A stretch of DNA of 64,000 nt from Candidatus Adlerbacteria bacterium (GCA_028286685.1 JAQBRA010000004.1:120300-184299); one strand, 5' to 3'; numbered from the stretch's first letter, positions 38,744 through 48,880 are shown. Numbers and translations are program-made. Notes: generated from the sequence alone by a model not told the origin.

Positions 38744-39175
38744 TTACAGCTCGTTGCGCTGCACGAAAGCGCCGCGCGACACGACCGTGCCGTCAGGATT
38801 AAGCTGTACGTCGCCTTCCTTAAGCACCAGCTTGCCTCCCTCGCTAAAGATGCCCACCTCCTTGCCTACTCCCTCGCGCGCGCATATGACGCCCGAGACT
38901 TCGCCGGAAAGAAGCGGCGTCGTGGTGGCGCCCACAAGCGCGCAGGTGCCACGGTAGCCGCCCACCTCTACGTCAACGCCCGCCACCGTAAGGAACACAC
39001 GGGTCGTGGTGCCTTGGCTGTCCGGATCGATCCCCTGATCCACCAGCTTCCACTGGAGCTGCTCGACTACGATCGGGTCCACCTTCTGGGCATTGAGATG
39101 GCTAACCAGCATCCATGCGCCCAAAACGGCTGCGAGCACCAAGAGCACGACTACCGCGTATTTTTTATCCATCAT
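38744..39175 (-). CDS. Hypothetical secreted protein
   Basis: Signal/anchor MMDKKYAVVVLLVLAAVLGAWMLV. Confidence 0.5.
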   Translation of the reverse strand: MMDKKYAVVVLLVLAAVLGAWMLVSHLNAQKVDPIVVEQLQWKLVDQGIDPDSQGTTTRVFLTVAGVDVEVGGYRGTCALVGATTTPLLSGEVSGVICAREGVGKEVGIFSEGGKLVLKEGDVQLNPDGTVVSRGAFVQRNEL

Positions 39176-39194
39176 ATAGTGCTAGTATACCAAA

Positions 39195-39878
39195 ATGCGT
39201 ATAAACAAGTACCTCGCCGATCAGGGCCTGTGCACCCGCCGGGAGGCCGACCGCTACATAGCCCAGGGCCTGGTCTACATAAACGGCACCAGGGCCGAAT
39301 TGGGCTCCCAAGTCCAAGAAGGCGATACCGTGGAGACGCGGCTGCCGGAAATGCATTACCGCTACTATGCCTACAACAAGCCCAAGGGCGTCGTTACCCA
39401 CTCGCCCCAGGACGGGCAGAAAGGCATCCAAGACGTTGCGGGCCTGTCCGGCGTCTCCCCTATGGGCCGGCTCGACAAGGAATCCCATGGCCTCATAATT
39501 TTGACCGACGACGGCCGCATCACCGAGCGGCTTTTGGGCCCCGACCGCGCGCACGAAAAAGAGTACATGGTGGAAACCCGCGAGCACCTGCCGCCGAGCT
39601 TTAAGAAGCGCATGGAGCAGGGCGTCAACATAGAAGGCTACACGACCAAGCCCGCCAAAGTTAAGCTCTTAAGCGACACCAAATTCTCTATTATTCTTAC
39701 CGAAGGCAAGAAGCACCAGATACGCCGCATGTGCGCCGCGTGGGGCTATACCATAGCCGACCTCAAACGCACCCGGGTCATGAATGTAAAATTGCACCCG
39801 CTGCAGTCCGGCCAATTCCGCGCCATCAAGGGCCTAGAGCTCAAGGAGTTTTTGCAGTCGTTGGGTCTTTCCAACTAA
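39195..39878 (+). CDS. rluF: Pseudouridine synthase (RsuA/RluF family) with S4 domain
   Basis: S4 motif MRINKYLADQGLCTRREADRYI and catalytic Asp in GRLDKESHGLIILTDDG. Confidence 0.85.
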   Translation: MRINKYLADQGLCTRREADRYIAQGLVYINGTRAELGSQVQEGDTVETRLPEMHYRYYAYNKPKGVVTHSPQDGQKGIQDVAGLSGVSPMGRLDKESHGLIILTDDGRITERLLGPDRAHEKEYMVETREHLPPSFKKRMEQGVNIEGYTTKPAKVKLLSDTKFSIILTEGKKHQIRRMCAAWGYTIADLKRTRVMNVKLHPLQSGQFRAIKGLELKEFLQSLGLSN

Positions 39879-41138
39879 TCACGCGCTGCTGCCCGCAACA
39901 TAGCCGGTGGTCCAGCACAGCTGCAGGCTGTAGCCGCCCGAGGGCCGATCTATATTGATCATGTCGCCTATGATAAAGAGGCCGGCTACCTTGCGCGACT
40001 CCATAGTTTTAAAATTGATCTCTTCCGGCACTACCCCGCCGGAGGACACGACCGCCTTATCCTTACCCAAGAGGCCCTTCACCTTGAGCGGGACCGACTT
40101 GATAAGCTCGATGAGCTTGATGCGCTCCTCGTGCCGGACGCTGTGGTTAGGCGTGTCGCCCGATATGCCTGCAATCTCGAGGACCGCCGGCACCAATGCG
40201 GACGGGATAAGCTTGCCGAGGGCATTCTTTAATTTCTTGTTGCTCTCGGCAATCAAGAGCGCCTGCAGCTTTTCCTTGAGCATCGCATAATCGAGCGCAG
40301 GCAGGAGGTCGAGCATGATAGTCACTTCCCCGTATTGCAGCAGCTCGCCCACATCGCGGCTCATGTTAAGGACCGTAGGGCCGCTTACGCCCACGTGGGT
40401 AAATAGGAGCTTTCCTTTCTGCATCTGCTGCTTTACCCCGTCCTGATACACTGTGAGCTTTATGTCGGGGAGCGTCACGCCGGCAATCTTTTTAGCCCAC
40501 CCGTCATGAAGGGCAAGCGGCACCAGCGCTGCATTATTATCGACCACCTTGTGACCCAAGCTTCTAAGCCAGGCAAAGCCTTCGCCGGTCGAGCCCGTCT
40601 CGGGCCGCGAGGTGCCGCCCGTGGCAACAATGCAGGAGCGGGCCGCTACCCACGAGTTGTCGCTCAATCGCACCTGCAGGAGCCCGCTGGCACGGTCTTG
40701 CACTATGCCCGACACCGGCTTGCCCTGCACCACCTCGACGCCCCCCTTCTTTACGTAAGCGTTCAATACGTCCCACACCGATTGGGCCCTGTTGGATACG
40801 GGAAACATCCGCCCCTCGGCCTCCTCGCGGACCATGAGCTTCCGGTCGCTAAAAAATTTCAGCGCGTCTACGACGCCAAACTGCGAAAATGCCGAATATA
40901 AAAATTGCTCGGCGCCCTTGTATTTGGGCAGCAAAGTCCTGGGGTCCGGCTTGTGGTTGGTGATATTGCAGCGCCCGCCGCCGGTAATAAGCAGCTTCTT
41001 GCCGAGCGACTGGTTCTTCTCCAGCAGCAAAACCGTGCGGCCCCGCTCGGCGGCCCGGCCCGCCGCGAGCATGCCGGAGGCACCCCCTCCCACGACTACC
41101 ACGTCCCAAATAGCTCCTGTAGTGAGTTTTTGCTTCAT
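39879..41138 (-). CDS. NAD(P)/FAD-dependent oxidoreductase (HI0933/BaiN family)
   Basis: N-terminal GxGxxG (VVVGGGASGMLAAGRAAERG) and HI0933-like length. Confidence 0.8.
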   Translation of the reverse strand: MKQKLTTGAIWDVVVVGGGASGMLAAGRAAERGRTVLLLEKNQSLGKKLLITGGGRCNITNHKPDPRTLLPKYKGAEQFLYSAFSQFGVVDALKFFSDRKLMVREEAEGRMFPVSNRAQSVWDVLNAYVKKGGVEVVQGKPVSGIVQDRASGLLQVRLSDNSWVAARSCIVATGGTSRPETGSTGEGFAWLRSLGHKVVDNNAALVPLALHDGWAKKIAGVTLPDIKLTVYQDGVKQQMQKGKLLFTHVGVSGPTVLNMSRDVGELLQYGEVTIMLDLLPALDYAMLKEKLQALLIAESNKKLKNALGKLIPSALVPAVLEIAGISGDTPNHSVRHEERIKLIELIKSVPLKVKGLLGKDKAVVSSGGVVPEEINFKTMESRKVAGLFIIGDMINIDRPSGGYSLQLCWTTGYVAGSSA

Positions 41139-41377
41139 TAAAATGAATATGAAAATACCGGCGCAAGGCCGGTAGGTTCATTAGGCTGCGGCCTCCTCGG
41201 ACGGGGCTGCGGTCTCCTCTGCGGGGGTGGCCTCTACGACCTCCTCTGCCGGCATCTCTGCGGGCTTGTTTTCATCTTCCATATATAGTTGAAAGTTATC
41301 TTGCGGATAAAGCGACCGAGCCTCTAGCCTAGCACATCGAAGCCATAAGCGGTACCTAGGGCTTCATGCCTCCTACA

Positions 41378-41410
41378 TACAGCAAAATCGCCCCGGTTTC
41401 CCGGGGCGAT
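41378..41410 (-). terminator. Intrinsic terminator of cspA (AAAATCGCCCCGG-GAAA-CCGGGGCGATTTT)
   Basis: Hairpin plus T-run in minus sense right after the csp stop. Confidence 0.65.
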
Positions 41411-41420
41411 TTTGAGCGCG

Positions 41421-41618
41421 CTAGGCGCGGCTTACGTTGACGGCGTTAGGTCCCTTAGGGCCCTCCGCTACCTCAAAGTTCACCGTATCGCCCTGGCGAA
41501 GCTCGTCGAAGGTTACTCCGACAAGGTCCTTAGAGTGAAAGAAGAGATCCTTGGCCTCGCCCTCGCGGGAGATAAAGCCAAAGCCGCGGTCCGTCAATGT
41601 TTTTATAGTTCCAGTCAT
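41421..41618 (-). CDS. cspA: Cold-shock protein (CspA family)
   Basis: MTGTIKTLTDRGFGFISREGEAKDLFFH RNP motifs. Long 5'-UTR with TATACT about 60 nt upstream. Confidence 0.9.
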   Translation of the reverse strand: MTGTIKTLTDRGFGFISREGEAKDLFFHSKDLVGVTFDELRQGDTVNFEVAEGPKGPNAVNVSRA

Positions 41619-41726
41619 GTTTTTTGTTGTTGTTGTTCTCGAAACTCCGACCCTTGTTTCTTAATCACCAGTATACCACACCCCTTCCTAATCTCCTAAG
41701 GGTCTTGGGTGGGGATAGGATATGCC

Positions 41727-41969
41727 CTACTTTGTCCTGACCAGGGCCAGCTTTTGCGCCCTGGTCCACGACTTAATCTCGGCCTCCCGGCGCGATGCAG
41801 TGCTCCGATTGAGCTTGCGCTCCGTATAGACGATTTTGCCCGCGCGCCTGGCGCGCGTGTACTTGGCGCCCCGTCCAGCCTTATGCTCGGCAAGCCGGCG
41901 CGCCACATCGGTCGTAATGCCAGTATAGAGGCTCTTGTCCGCGCACTCTACTATATAAACAAAGTACAT
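41727..41969 (-). CDS. GIY-YIG nuclease family protein (80 aa)
   Basis: YFVYIVECADKSLYTGITTDVARRLAEH. Confidence 0.85.
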   Translation of the reverse strand: MYFVYIVECADKSLYTGITTDVARRLAEHKAGRGAKYTRARRAGKIVYTERKLNRSTASRREAEIKSWTRAQKLALVRTK

Positions 41970-41972
41970 GGC

Positions 41973-42599
41973 TTAGGAAATCGGTATCTGCTCGCCCAGG
42001 AATTTAGGGATCCGGTGCACGATTAAGTCGAGCACTGCCTTGACCCGGGCCAGGGACTCGCGCACCTGGTTGCGCGGCAAGAGATGCACGTTGTCGGCCC
42101 GCAGGCCTACCGCATCTATGCCCAAGGTCCGGGCAATAAAGATCGATCGCGGCAGATGGAAGGACTGTGTGGCAATGACAGCCGACTCTACCTTGAATAT
42201 CTCGTGCGCCCGGTACATCGTGCTGTAGGTATCGAAGCCCGCATGGTCAAGGTAGATGTCTTCCTCGGGCACGCCCCGGCTCAAGAGGTATTTGCGCGCC
42301 GGGTCCACCTCGTTGTGCTCGACCGTGCTGTTGTCGCCCGAAACGAGAATCTTCTGCGCTTTGCCCGCCTGATACAAAGCCACGGCCGCATTGGCGCGGT
42401 CCATGAATACTGCCGAGAGGGCGCCGCTGCGCAAAATTGCGGCACCAGGAACGATGGCAACCGTCCGCTCGGGCACCGAGCCCACATCGGCGTACATATG
42501 GCGCTGCTCGCCCCAGACCATGCCGGCATTAATAACGGCAGTGCAGACCGCAACCGCCGCTGCGGCCGCCGTAACCCAAAAAAGTAACCGCTTAAGCAT
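41973..42599 (-). CDS. YdcF/SanA-like DUF218 protein
   Basis: N-terminal TM helix and DUF218 core (ILVSGDNS...). Confidence 0.65.
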   Translation of the reverse strand: MLKRLLFWVTAAAAAVAVCTAVINAGMVWGEQRHMYADVGSVPERTVAIVPGAAILRSGALSAVFMDRANAAVALYQAGKAQKILVSGDNSTVEHNEVDPARKYLLSRGVPEEDIYLDHAGFDTYSTMYRAHEIFKVESAVIATQSFHLPRSIFIARTLGIDAVGLRADNVHLLPRNQVRESLARVKAVLDLIVHRIPKFLGEQIPIS

Positions 42600-43111
42600 T
42601 AGGCTTGGTCGTATGCGTTCTGAAGCGCCTGCATGTCCAGCTTCTTCATCGGCATGAAAGCGTTGATGACTGCCTGCGACTTCTTAGGATCAGGGTCGGT
42701 CATAAGCTTGCCCATAAGGTCCCCCGGCGTTATCTGCCAGGAAAGCCCGAACTTGTCCTTGCACCAGCCGCATTGCTCGTTTTCAGGATGCGCGGAGAGC
42801 TTGGACCAGAAGTAGTCTATCTCTTCCTGGGTCTTGCAGTCGACCAGGAGCGACACCGCCTCGTTGAACTTGAATACCGGTCCGCCGTCGAGCCCCATAA
42901 AGCGCTGGCCCGCCAGCTCGAACACGCCGGTAAGCACTTTGCCTTCCATGCCGGCCATAGGGCCCTCGGTTATACCGCCCGGATAGCGCGTCATGCTCAG
43001 CACCTTTGACTCGCTCTCCTTGCCCGGCGCACCGTTAAATACGTCTACATAAAAAGTAATGGCTTCCTCGGCGCTCTTATCAAACCACAAATGCGGGGTG
43101 ATTTTTTGCAT
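42599..43111 (-). CDS. VOC/PhnB-like glyoxalase-superfamily protein
   Basis: MQKITPHLWFDKSAEEAITFYVDVF is PhnB-like. Confidence 0.7.
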   Translation of the reverse strand: MQKITPHLWFDKSAEEAITFYVDVFNGAPGKESESKVLSMTRYPGGITEGPMAGMEGKVLTGVFELAGQRFMGLDGGPVFKFNEAVSLLVDCKTQEEIDYFWSKLSAHPENEQCGWCKDKFGLSWQITPGDLMGKLMTDPDPKKSQAVINAFMPMKKLDMQALQNAYDQA

Positions 43112-43164
43112 GCCTTTATTATACCCGAAGCAAGGGAGAGAGATAAAGTGCGGCCTTTTAAGCG

Positions 43165-43608
43165 CTACTCGTGGTGATACTTGCCGCCGGACAGTATTGA
43201 GGAGGCGCGATAGAGCTGCTCGGCCACCATGAGCCGCACCAGCATATGCGGAAACACCAGGGATGAAAGCTTGAGCGTTGTCTCGGCGCGCGTGGCAACT
43301 TTATCGCTCACGCCGAACGCCCCGCCAATAATGACTACCAGCCGCTTGCTGCCTGCCTGCATCTGCTTGTCCAGAAGTCTTGCCAGGCCCGGGGTATCGA
43401 TATCGCGGCCGCGCTCGTCTAAAAGCACCACGCAGTCGCCGTCTTTAAGGAGCTTCAGTATCGCGGCGCCCTCGGTTTCCTTGTCGCTTGCGCGCGGGTG
43501 GGCCCACTCGAGGGGAAAGCTCTTGGAAAGCCGCTTCTGGTATTCGGCAATGCCGTCGGCAACCATCGCGTCATGCGCCTTGCCGGGCGAGATAATGAGG
43601 ACTTTCAT
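43165..43608 (-). CDS. rlmH: 23S rRNA (pseudouridine1915-N3)-methyltransferase
   Basis: SPOUT fold, 147 aa, VVLLDERG...IIGGAFG motif. Confidence 0.8.
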   Translation of the reverse strand: MKVLIISPGKAHDAMVADGIAEYQKRLSKSFPLEWAHPRASDKETEGAAILKLLKDGDCVVLLDERGRDIDTPGLARLLDKQMQAGSKRLVVIIGGAFGVSDKVATRAETTLKLSSLVFPHMLVRLMVAEQLYRASSILSGGKYHHE

Positions 43609-43614
43609 GGGCTG

Positions 43615-44652
43615 CTAGGCCGAGGCGCGCGCGTAAATGGAGAGGAGTGCCAGGAAAAGGCTCGAGCAGAGCGGCCCCAGGAAAAGTCCCGCGGGCCCGA
43701 ACAAGGCGACTCCGCCAAGCACGGAAAAGAGAACCATGAGCGGATGCAGGCGGGCGCGGTTACCGACCAGCTTCGGGCCCAGGAAATTATCGATAAGCCC
43801 CACGGCAAGGACCGCCCACAGCAAGAGCCCTAGGGCCGGCCCCAGGGCGCCAGTAATAAGCAAATATAGAGCTGCAGGAACCAAGACGAGCGCCGTGCCC
43901 AAGCCCGGCACCAGGGCGGCCAGGCCCGCTGCAAGCCCCCAGAGGACCGGGCTCGGGACGCCGAACAGGTACAGCCCTAGGCCCGAGAGCGCTCCCTGCA
44001 AGAACGCCAGCGTCAGGTTGCCCTTTACTATCCCGCCTACGGCCTGCTCGAGGCGGTCGAGAATAGTGTTGTCATCGCTGTCAGTAAGAGGACTGAGACT
44101 TATGAGCCTGGCTCGCAGATCCGCTCCGTCGCGCAGCATGTAAAAGAGCGCAATGAGGAATATAAAAAGACTGAAGAGGGTCTGGGTCAGGCCGGAAAAC
44201 AGCGCGCCGCCATTAGCCACTATCCACGACACGGCTCCCTTTGCGTACGTGTCGACCGAACTGGCCAGTACGCCGGAAAATCGCTCGGTGCCGGGGATAT
44301 AGCGCTCGGCGAGCGCCTGACCGTATGCCACGACTTGGTTGAAATACGTCGTTCCGCTTCCATCTGAAAGCGTTGTGGCAAGCTGCCGCGCCTCTTCAAC
44401 AATCCTGACGCCAATCAGCGCGAGGGGGACCATCACGCACACCAATGCGAGCAGTATCGTGATGAGGGCTGCGCTTGCGGGCCAGCCCTTTATCTTCCTC
44501 AGCAGAAAGAGGTAGACCGGCCGCAGCACGACGGCAAAAATAGCCGCAAGCGAAAGCGGCACCAAAAAGGGCTTGAATATCAGAAAGACCAGCACGGCGG
44601 CACCCACCAGGATGCTTAAGAGAAAGTAGGGCCGGATGGCGTCTGCGTTCAT
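43615..44652 (-). CDS. AI-2E family transporter (PerM/UPF0118)
   Basis: 345 aa with about 8 TM helices and the typical family length and topology. Confidence 0.75.
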   Translation of the reverse strand: MNADAIRPYFLLSILVGAAVLVFLIFKPFLVPLSLAAIFAVVLRPVYLFLLRKIKGWPASAALITILLALVCVMVPLALIGVRIVEEARQLATTLSDGSGTTYFNQVVAYGQALAERYIPGTERFSGVLASSVDTYAKGAVSWIVANGGALFSGLTQTLFSLFIFLIALFYMLRDGADLRARLISLSPLTDSDDNTILDRLEQAVGGIVKGNLTLAFLQGALSGLGLYLFGVPSPVLWGLAAGLAALVPGLGTALVLVPAALYLLITGALGPALGLLLWAVLAVGLIDNFLGPKLVGNRARLHPLMVLFSVLGGVALFGPAGLFLGPLCSSLFLALLSIYARASA

Positions 44653-44671
44653 AGCGTGCAGTATATACCAA

Positions 44672-45031
44672 TTAGATAACCCTGCGATCTTCTATCGCAC
44701 CCTGCTCAATCTCCGCGATAGCCTCGGGCGTCGGAGCAGTTTTGCGGGCAAAGTGCGTAAGCTCCTTTTGCTTGCTGAGCTCATCCTCGAGCCGGGCATT
44801 TTCCTTCCTGAGCTTGCGGTACTTAAAATAGCCGCTGACGCTCTCCGGAAGCACTATAAGAAAGGCGATGAGTATGCCGGCAAACGTAGCCACGAGCAGG
44901 ATTAATGAGAGAGATCCCTCAAGCTGCCAGTTAAAGAAGGAAACCGTCACCAAAGCGGCATTTTGCAGCGCGAAAATAACTACTAACCCCCCGAGTAAAA
45001 TGCCGACTACAAAAAATATGAATACAAACAT
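44672..45031 (-). CDS. LapA-family (DUF1049) membrane protein
   Basis: N-terminal TM helices (IFALQN), then a coiled-coil KENARLEDEL. Confidence 0.65.
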   Translation of the reverse strand: MFVFIFFVVGILLGGLVVIFALQNAALVTVSFFNWQLEGSLSLILLVATFAGILIAFLIVLPESVSGYFKYRKLRKENARLEDELSKQKELTHFARKTAPTPEAIAEIEQGAIEDRRVI

Positions 45032-45051
45032 AGCATTACTATACCCTATCG

Positions 45052-45267
45052 CTATAAATACCTGCTTATCTCCTCAGCGGCCTCCTGTGCCACCTCCTGG
45101 TCCTGGTCCCGCACGAGCCCCTGCTGCATTTTAAGCAGCACCCCGTGTATTTCCTCGACGCTGTACCCTTTTGCCCGCAGAAGTTCCGCCTCTTTTAAAA
45201 GCACATTGTCCTCCGGAGTGCTTTTCCGGAGCGCCGCGTCGAATAGTTTTGAAAATGGATGCGCCAT
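45052..45267 (-). CDS. Hypothetical small protein (71 aa)
   Basis: Internal ATG at 45267 (MAHPFSKLF...); the longer upstream extension is Arg-rich and low-complexity. Confidence 0.3.
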   Translation of the reverse strand: MAHPFSKLFDAALRKSTPEDNVLLKEAELLRAKGYSVEEIHGVLLKMQQGLVRDQDQEVAQEAAEEISRYL

Positions 45268-45280
45268 GCGGCTTGGCCTT

Positions 45281-46027
45281 TTATTGTACCTGCAGGTAGT
45301 AGTCGGTGCTACCGTAGAGCGTATAGTCGTAGCCTTCCTGGCTTGCCGGCGCGGCATACACTTTTGCGGTCGAGCCGATTTCCTTTTCAACATCACCGAT
45401 CGATTCTACGCCCTTAAGCGTGCCCAGAGGCGGAGGACTGATGCGCATGCCGGAGGCCACTATTACCTTCTTGCCATCGACGGTTATCGAGCATACCCCG
45501 TCAAAAAAGCACGAGGTATCCACGGCCGATATTTTGCCGGTAAAGGTTACTGCCGCTTGCGGCTTGGTGCCCAAGTCAGCCTCCACAGAGGCCCGGGTCT
45601 TGGGGCCAAAGTAGCCCACTGCCGGAGTTATGCCGCGCGCAGCCTGGTATTCAGCAAGCGCGGCGCGGGTAAGCGGCCCGAAGTAGCCGGTTGCACCCAC
45701 TGCCGCAAGCGCCTGCGCCGAGGCGCCCGCCTTCTGCGAAATCAGGTGCTGCTGCAGCCACACTACGTCCTCGCTGCGCATGCCTGCCCAGAGGTCCTGC
45801 TGCGGCACTGGGGTGGTTTCTGTTTTGCATTCGCCCTCGTACAAGAGCGTCGCCTGGTCCGCGCCCAGCATGCAGGAGTTGCCGTAGGTTTTGGCGGTGC
45901 CGTCTTGGCTTTGGCCGCACACCGGCGCGTACTGCATGGTGCACATAGTAGGCTCGGCCGCAGTGGCAATCTGGAAAGATACGGCAAACAGCAGCACGGG
46001 CATGAGGGCAAAAATTAGTTTTTTCAT
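45281..46027 (-). CDS. Secreted Kazal-type protease-inhibitor domain plus peptidoglycan-binding domain protein
   Basis: Signal peptide; Kazal motif CTMQYAPVCG...TYGNSCMLGADQATLLYEGEC; PG_binding_1-like WLQQHL...GYFGP...GYFGPKT. Confidence 0.65.
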   Translation of the reverse strand: MKKLIFALMPVLLFAVSFQIATAAEPTMCTMQYAPVCGQSQDGTAKTYGNSCMLGADQATLLYEGECKTETTPVPQQDLWAGMRSEDVVWLQQHLISQKAGASAQALAAVGATGYFGPLTRAALAEYQAARGITPAVGYFGPKTRASVEADLGTKPQAAVTFTGKISAVDTSCFFDGVCSITVDGKKVIVASGMRISPPPLGTLKGVESIGDVEKEIGSTAKVYAAPASQEGYDYTLYGSTDYYLQVQ

Positions 46028-46141
46028 ATGCTTTTGTTCTGTACAGATTATGACGTCCCGCTTGGCACCCTCTTACACCTTACGATTAAAAAGCACCCCC
46101 TCAGGGGCTTTTCAAAACGGCCGGACCCGTACGCGGCTGCC

Positions 46142-46441
46142 CTAGTTTCCGGAAAATCCGGGGATATTGAAGATGCCGACAGCAAGGTCTGCCCAGATGA
46201 TAAGAAGTGCTGCCAGGAATACTCCGCCCAAGATCAGCCGGTTCCTGGCGCTTCCAACCTTCCTGGCAGCAAACTCATAGGCAAGGCCGGTCCCGAGCAG
46301 GAGGATGCCGATCGTTATGAAATCGGTTAGATCCCAATCCACTTCATGGGTAAACTGCATCGCTATCAAAGGTACTGCCAAGATGGCCGCGGTCCCGAGT
46401 ACGATGCCCATAATTCTTTTATTTTCCATAGATAGTCTCAT
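46142..46441 (-). CDS. Hypothetical membrane protein (99 aa)
   Basis: Three TM helices. Confidence 0.5.
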   Translation of the reverse strand: MRLSMENKRIMGIVLGTAAILAVPLIAMQFTHEVDWDLTDFITIGILLLGTGLAYEFAARKVGSARNRLILGGVFLAALLIIWADLAVGIFNIPGFSGN

Positions 46442-46538
46442 GTGTTTCTATAATCCCCTCCTTCGGGTGCGCTTATATAACCGCCGGCCCTGGAGGAAAG
46501 TTACCTGATTGAAAAAAGCAGCGCGTACGAACTGATGC

Positions 46539-47084
46539 CTACTTGCTTAGCAGTTCCAGCAATTTAGTCGTGGTATTCCAGTTGCGGATAGTCATAGACT
46601 TGTAGGGCAGCGTCCCGACGATTTTACTAAGCCGGCTTTTGGTCCGCAGGGAGCTAAGCCGCTGCGAATAAATCACGCCAGTGCCCGGCCACACCGAATC
46701 CACCCCTTCCTTGGGGCTGAATACGGCCATGGCCGGGGTAACAGCAATGTCCATGAGAAAGATCGCGTCGCTGTGGTATTTCTTGGGCTGCTCGCCGAAG
46801 CCTTTGGGCTTTTTGTCGACCATGGCCTTAAGCTGGCGGCGGCTCAGTACCAGGACCTTAATAAGCGCGCTGTCGAGCTTAAAGGCCTTGGGCAGGACTT
46901 TCTCTATCTTATCTTTTATAAAATCGGGCTTTTTGTCGGACTTCAATAGTACGTTGCCGCTGGCGATATAGGTCGAGACATCAGAAAAGCCCATTTCTTC
47001 CAGGCACTTCCTCAATGCCGCCATTGATACCTTATTTTTCCCGCCGACATTGATGCCGCGCAGAAGCACTGCGTACGTATTCAT
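46539..47084 (-). CDS. DUF1697 domain protein
   Basis: MNTYAVLLRGINVGGKNKVSMAALRKCLEEMGF is characteristic of DUF1697. Confidence 0.75.
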   Translation of the reverse strand: MNTYAVLLRGINVGGKNKVSMAALRKCLEEMGFSDVSTYIASGNVLLKSDKKPDFIKDKIEKVLPKAFKLDSALIKVLVLSRRQLKAMVDKKPKGFGEQPKKYHSDAIFLMDIAVTPAMAVFSPKEGVDSVWPGTGVIYSQRLSSLRTKSRLSKIVGTLPYKSMTIRNWNTTTKLLELLSK

Positions 47085-47390
47085 TTATTTTGATTTTTTA
47101 GAACGCCTGTCGAGCACCGCCCGAATCGAGGGGCTTACCGGCTTATCCGCCCGGTGGATGCAGCCTATCCAGCAGCACGGCCGGCGCATGCCGGAGCCAA
47201 GCTTCGAGGTCGCCTTCCTTATCCTAATATCTCTGGTTTCCGCCTTTTTGCCGGATATAACCCAACATATCCACTCTTGGCGCGCCAAGGGCGTAATGCT
47301 TTCCCACACGGCATGCGCCGCCTTGTTTGAGGCAACGGCCTGGCGCAGATCTGCGGGCATGGCGTGCATGCCTCTAGTGTACCAAAGCAA
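47085..47390 (-). CDS. YdeI/OmpD-associated family protein
   Basis: QEWICWVISGKKAETRDIRIRKA motif. Confidence 0.65.
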   Translation of the reverse strand: MLWYTRGMHAMPADLRQAVASNKAAHAVWESITPLARQEWICWVISGKKAETRDIRIRKATSKLGSGMRRPCCWIGCIHRADKPVSPSIRAVLDRRSKKSK

Positions 47391-47430
47391 TGCCCAGCCT
47401 TCAGCAATTCCAGCAGCCTTGTTGCCGGCC

Positions 47431-47790
47431 TTATTGCTTCCGCAAAATCTTCTCCATTGCCCTTCCCTTTGCCAACTCGTCGATCAGCTTGTCCAAGTAG
47501 CGAATTCCCTGCATGGTCGGCTCCTTGATGTCTTCCACTCGGACGCCACACACCACGCCGCTGATCAGAGTCCGCGACGGATTGAGCTTGGGAGCTTCCG
47601 CAAGAAAGGTTTCGAAGTCCGTCTGTTTTTTCAGGTGCGCTTTTAACCCTTCCTGGCTGTATCCTGTCAGCCAGCGGATGACTTCATCGACTTCTTTTTT
47701 CGTGCGTCCTTTTTTCTCTGCCTTGGCCACATACAGCGGATAGACGCTTGCGAAGCTCATTCTATAGATCCGATGGCTTGTAGTATTCAT
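47431..47790 (-). CDS. DUF2200 family protein; the left-most gene carrying the array repeat (degenerate copy 0) upstream
   Basis: [44 protein letters not shown]. Confidence 0.65.
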   Translation of the reverse strand: MNTTSHRIYRMSFASVYPLYVAKAEKKGRTKKEVDEVIRWLTGYSQEGLKAHLKKQTDFETFLAEAPKLNPSRTLISGVVCGVRVEDIKEPTMQGIRYLDKLIDELAKGRAMEKILRKQ

Positions 47791-47798
47791 GGTAAGTA

Positions 47799-47825
47799 GC
47801 GGGTATCCGGGACAATGCTAGAACC
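47799..47825. repeat. Array repeat copy 0 (degenerate, about 21 of 28 matches): GCGGGTATCCGGGACAATGCTAGAACC
   Basis: Aligns to the consensus GCTGGGTGTATGGGACGATGTTGGAACC; lies 9 nt upstream of the DUF2200 ATG. Confidence 0.6.
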
Positions 47826-47829
47826 TTAC

Positions 47830-48300
47830 TTAGATGCTATCGGATTTTATATCCACGGCTTTTTGCAAAATCCGTTCAAGCACTGACGCCGCAGCGGCGG
47901 TTATGGCAGAGGCGATAATTATAAGAAGGCTTATGGCAACGCCGCCCGCGATATCGTCGCCAGGCCGAACTACAAGCAGGTAGGCCAGTGGCGCCGCGAC
48001 GAAACCGATAAGGGCTAGCGCACAGTATTTCATAGTCCGCAGGGCTTTCAGCGACGATTGCGAGAATACCTCATTCCGCCCCGCGAGCCCCAAGAGCTTG
48101 AATGCTTGGTAGAGCGCGATGAAAAAAGCGATAGACGCCGTATATGCATACGCCAAGAACAGATCGTTGAAGTAGATCTCAAAGAGCGTGGCATGCGCAT
48201 TCCTGCCCTCAAGGTGGGGTTCCCAAAGCATAAAGGCAAGAACGCCGATGCCGATGAGCATAACGACCACTTGAAGAAATAGTGATGGGATCCTTTTCAT
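47830..48300 (-). CDS. Cassette gene: hypothetical 4-TM membrane protein (possibly DUF2975-like)
   Basis: Flanked by repeat copies 0 and 1. Confidence 0.5.
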   Translation of the reverse strand: MKRIPSLFLQVVVMLIGIGVLAFMLWEPHLEGRNAHATLFEIYFNDLFLAYAYTASIAFFIALYQAFKLLGLAGRNEVFSQSSLKALRTMKYCALALIGFVAAPLAYLLVVRPGDDIAGGVAISLLIIIASAITAAAASVLERILQKAVDIKSDSI

Positions 48301-48368
48301 GGCCGGTTCTTATAAATTTTCATCCAAAGCATTCCTACTTAGAACTTTCCTTGCTCTTAAGAAGTAAC

Positions 48369-48398
48369 CCGCTGGGTGTATGGAACGATGTTGGAACC
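48369..48398. repeat. Array repeat copy 1: CGCTGGGTGTATGGAACGATGTTGGAACC
   Basis: One mismatch to the consensus. Confidence 0.9.
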
Positions 48399-48408
48399 TC
48401 CTTAAGTT

Positions 48409-48837
48409 CTATTTATTTGCATTGAACTCCACAATCCACTCAATACCGTATTTATCTCTAAACATACCGGCATATGTTCCCCAAGGACTTTCCCCGATTG
48501 CCCCTTCTACTTGTCCTCCAATAGAAAGACCATTAAATATTTTTTCCGCTTCTTCTTTGTTGTCTGCATTTAGATGGATTTTACTCCTATTTTCATTTTC
48601 ACTTACTTTTCCCATAACTTCAGGAACATCGTTTCCTATTAGCATATTTCCGCCGCCAATAGGCAAAGTAATCAGCATGATTTTGTTCTCCTCTATATCT
48701 CTAACCGGGAATTCAGGACTCGCAAGATCTTTGAAACGAATCACCTTTGTAAAATCTCCGCCAAAAACAGATTTATAAAAAGTAAACGCTTCTTCGGCAT
48801 TACCATTAAAATTAATCCAAGGGTTTATTGCTGTCAT
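48409..48837 (-). CDS. Cassette gene: VOC/PhnB-like glyoxalase-superfamily protein (paralogue class of 42599..43111)
   Basis: MTAINPWINFNGNAEEAFTFYKSVFGG. The -10 box TATAAT (48844-48849) lies 6 nt upstream of the ATG, suggesting a leaderless transcript. Confidence 0.7.
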   Translation of the reverse strand: MTAINPWINFNGNAEEAFTFYKSVFGGDFTKVIRFKDLASPEFPVRDIEENKIMLITLPIGGGNMLIGNDVPEVMGKVSENENRSKIHLNADNKEEAEKIFNGLSIGGQVEGAIGESPWGTYAGMFRDKYGIEWIVEFNANK

Positions 48838-48880
48838 AGTGAAATTATATACTTGAGACCTTGGTCACACAACATACTCT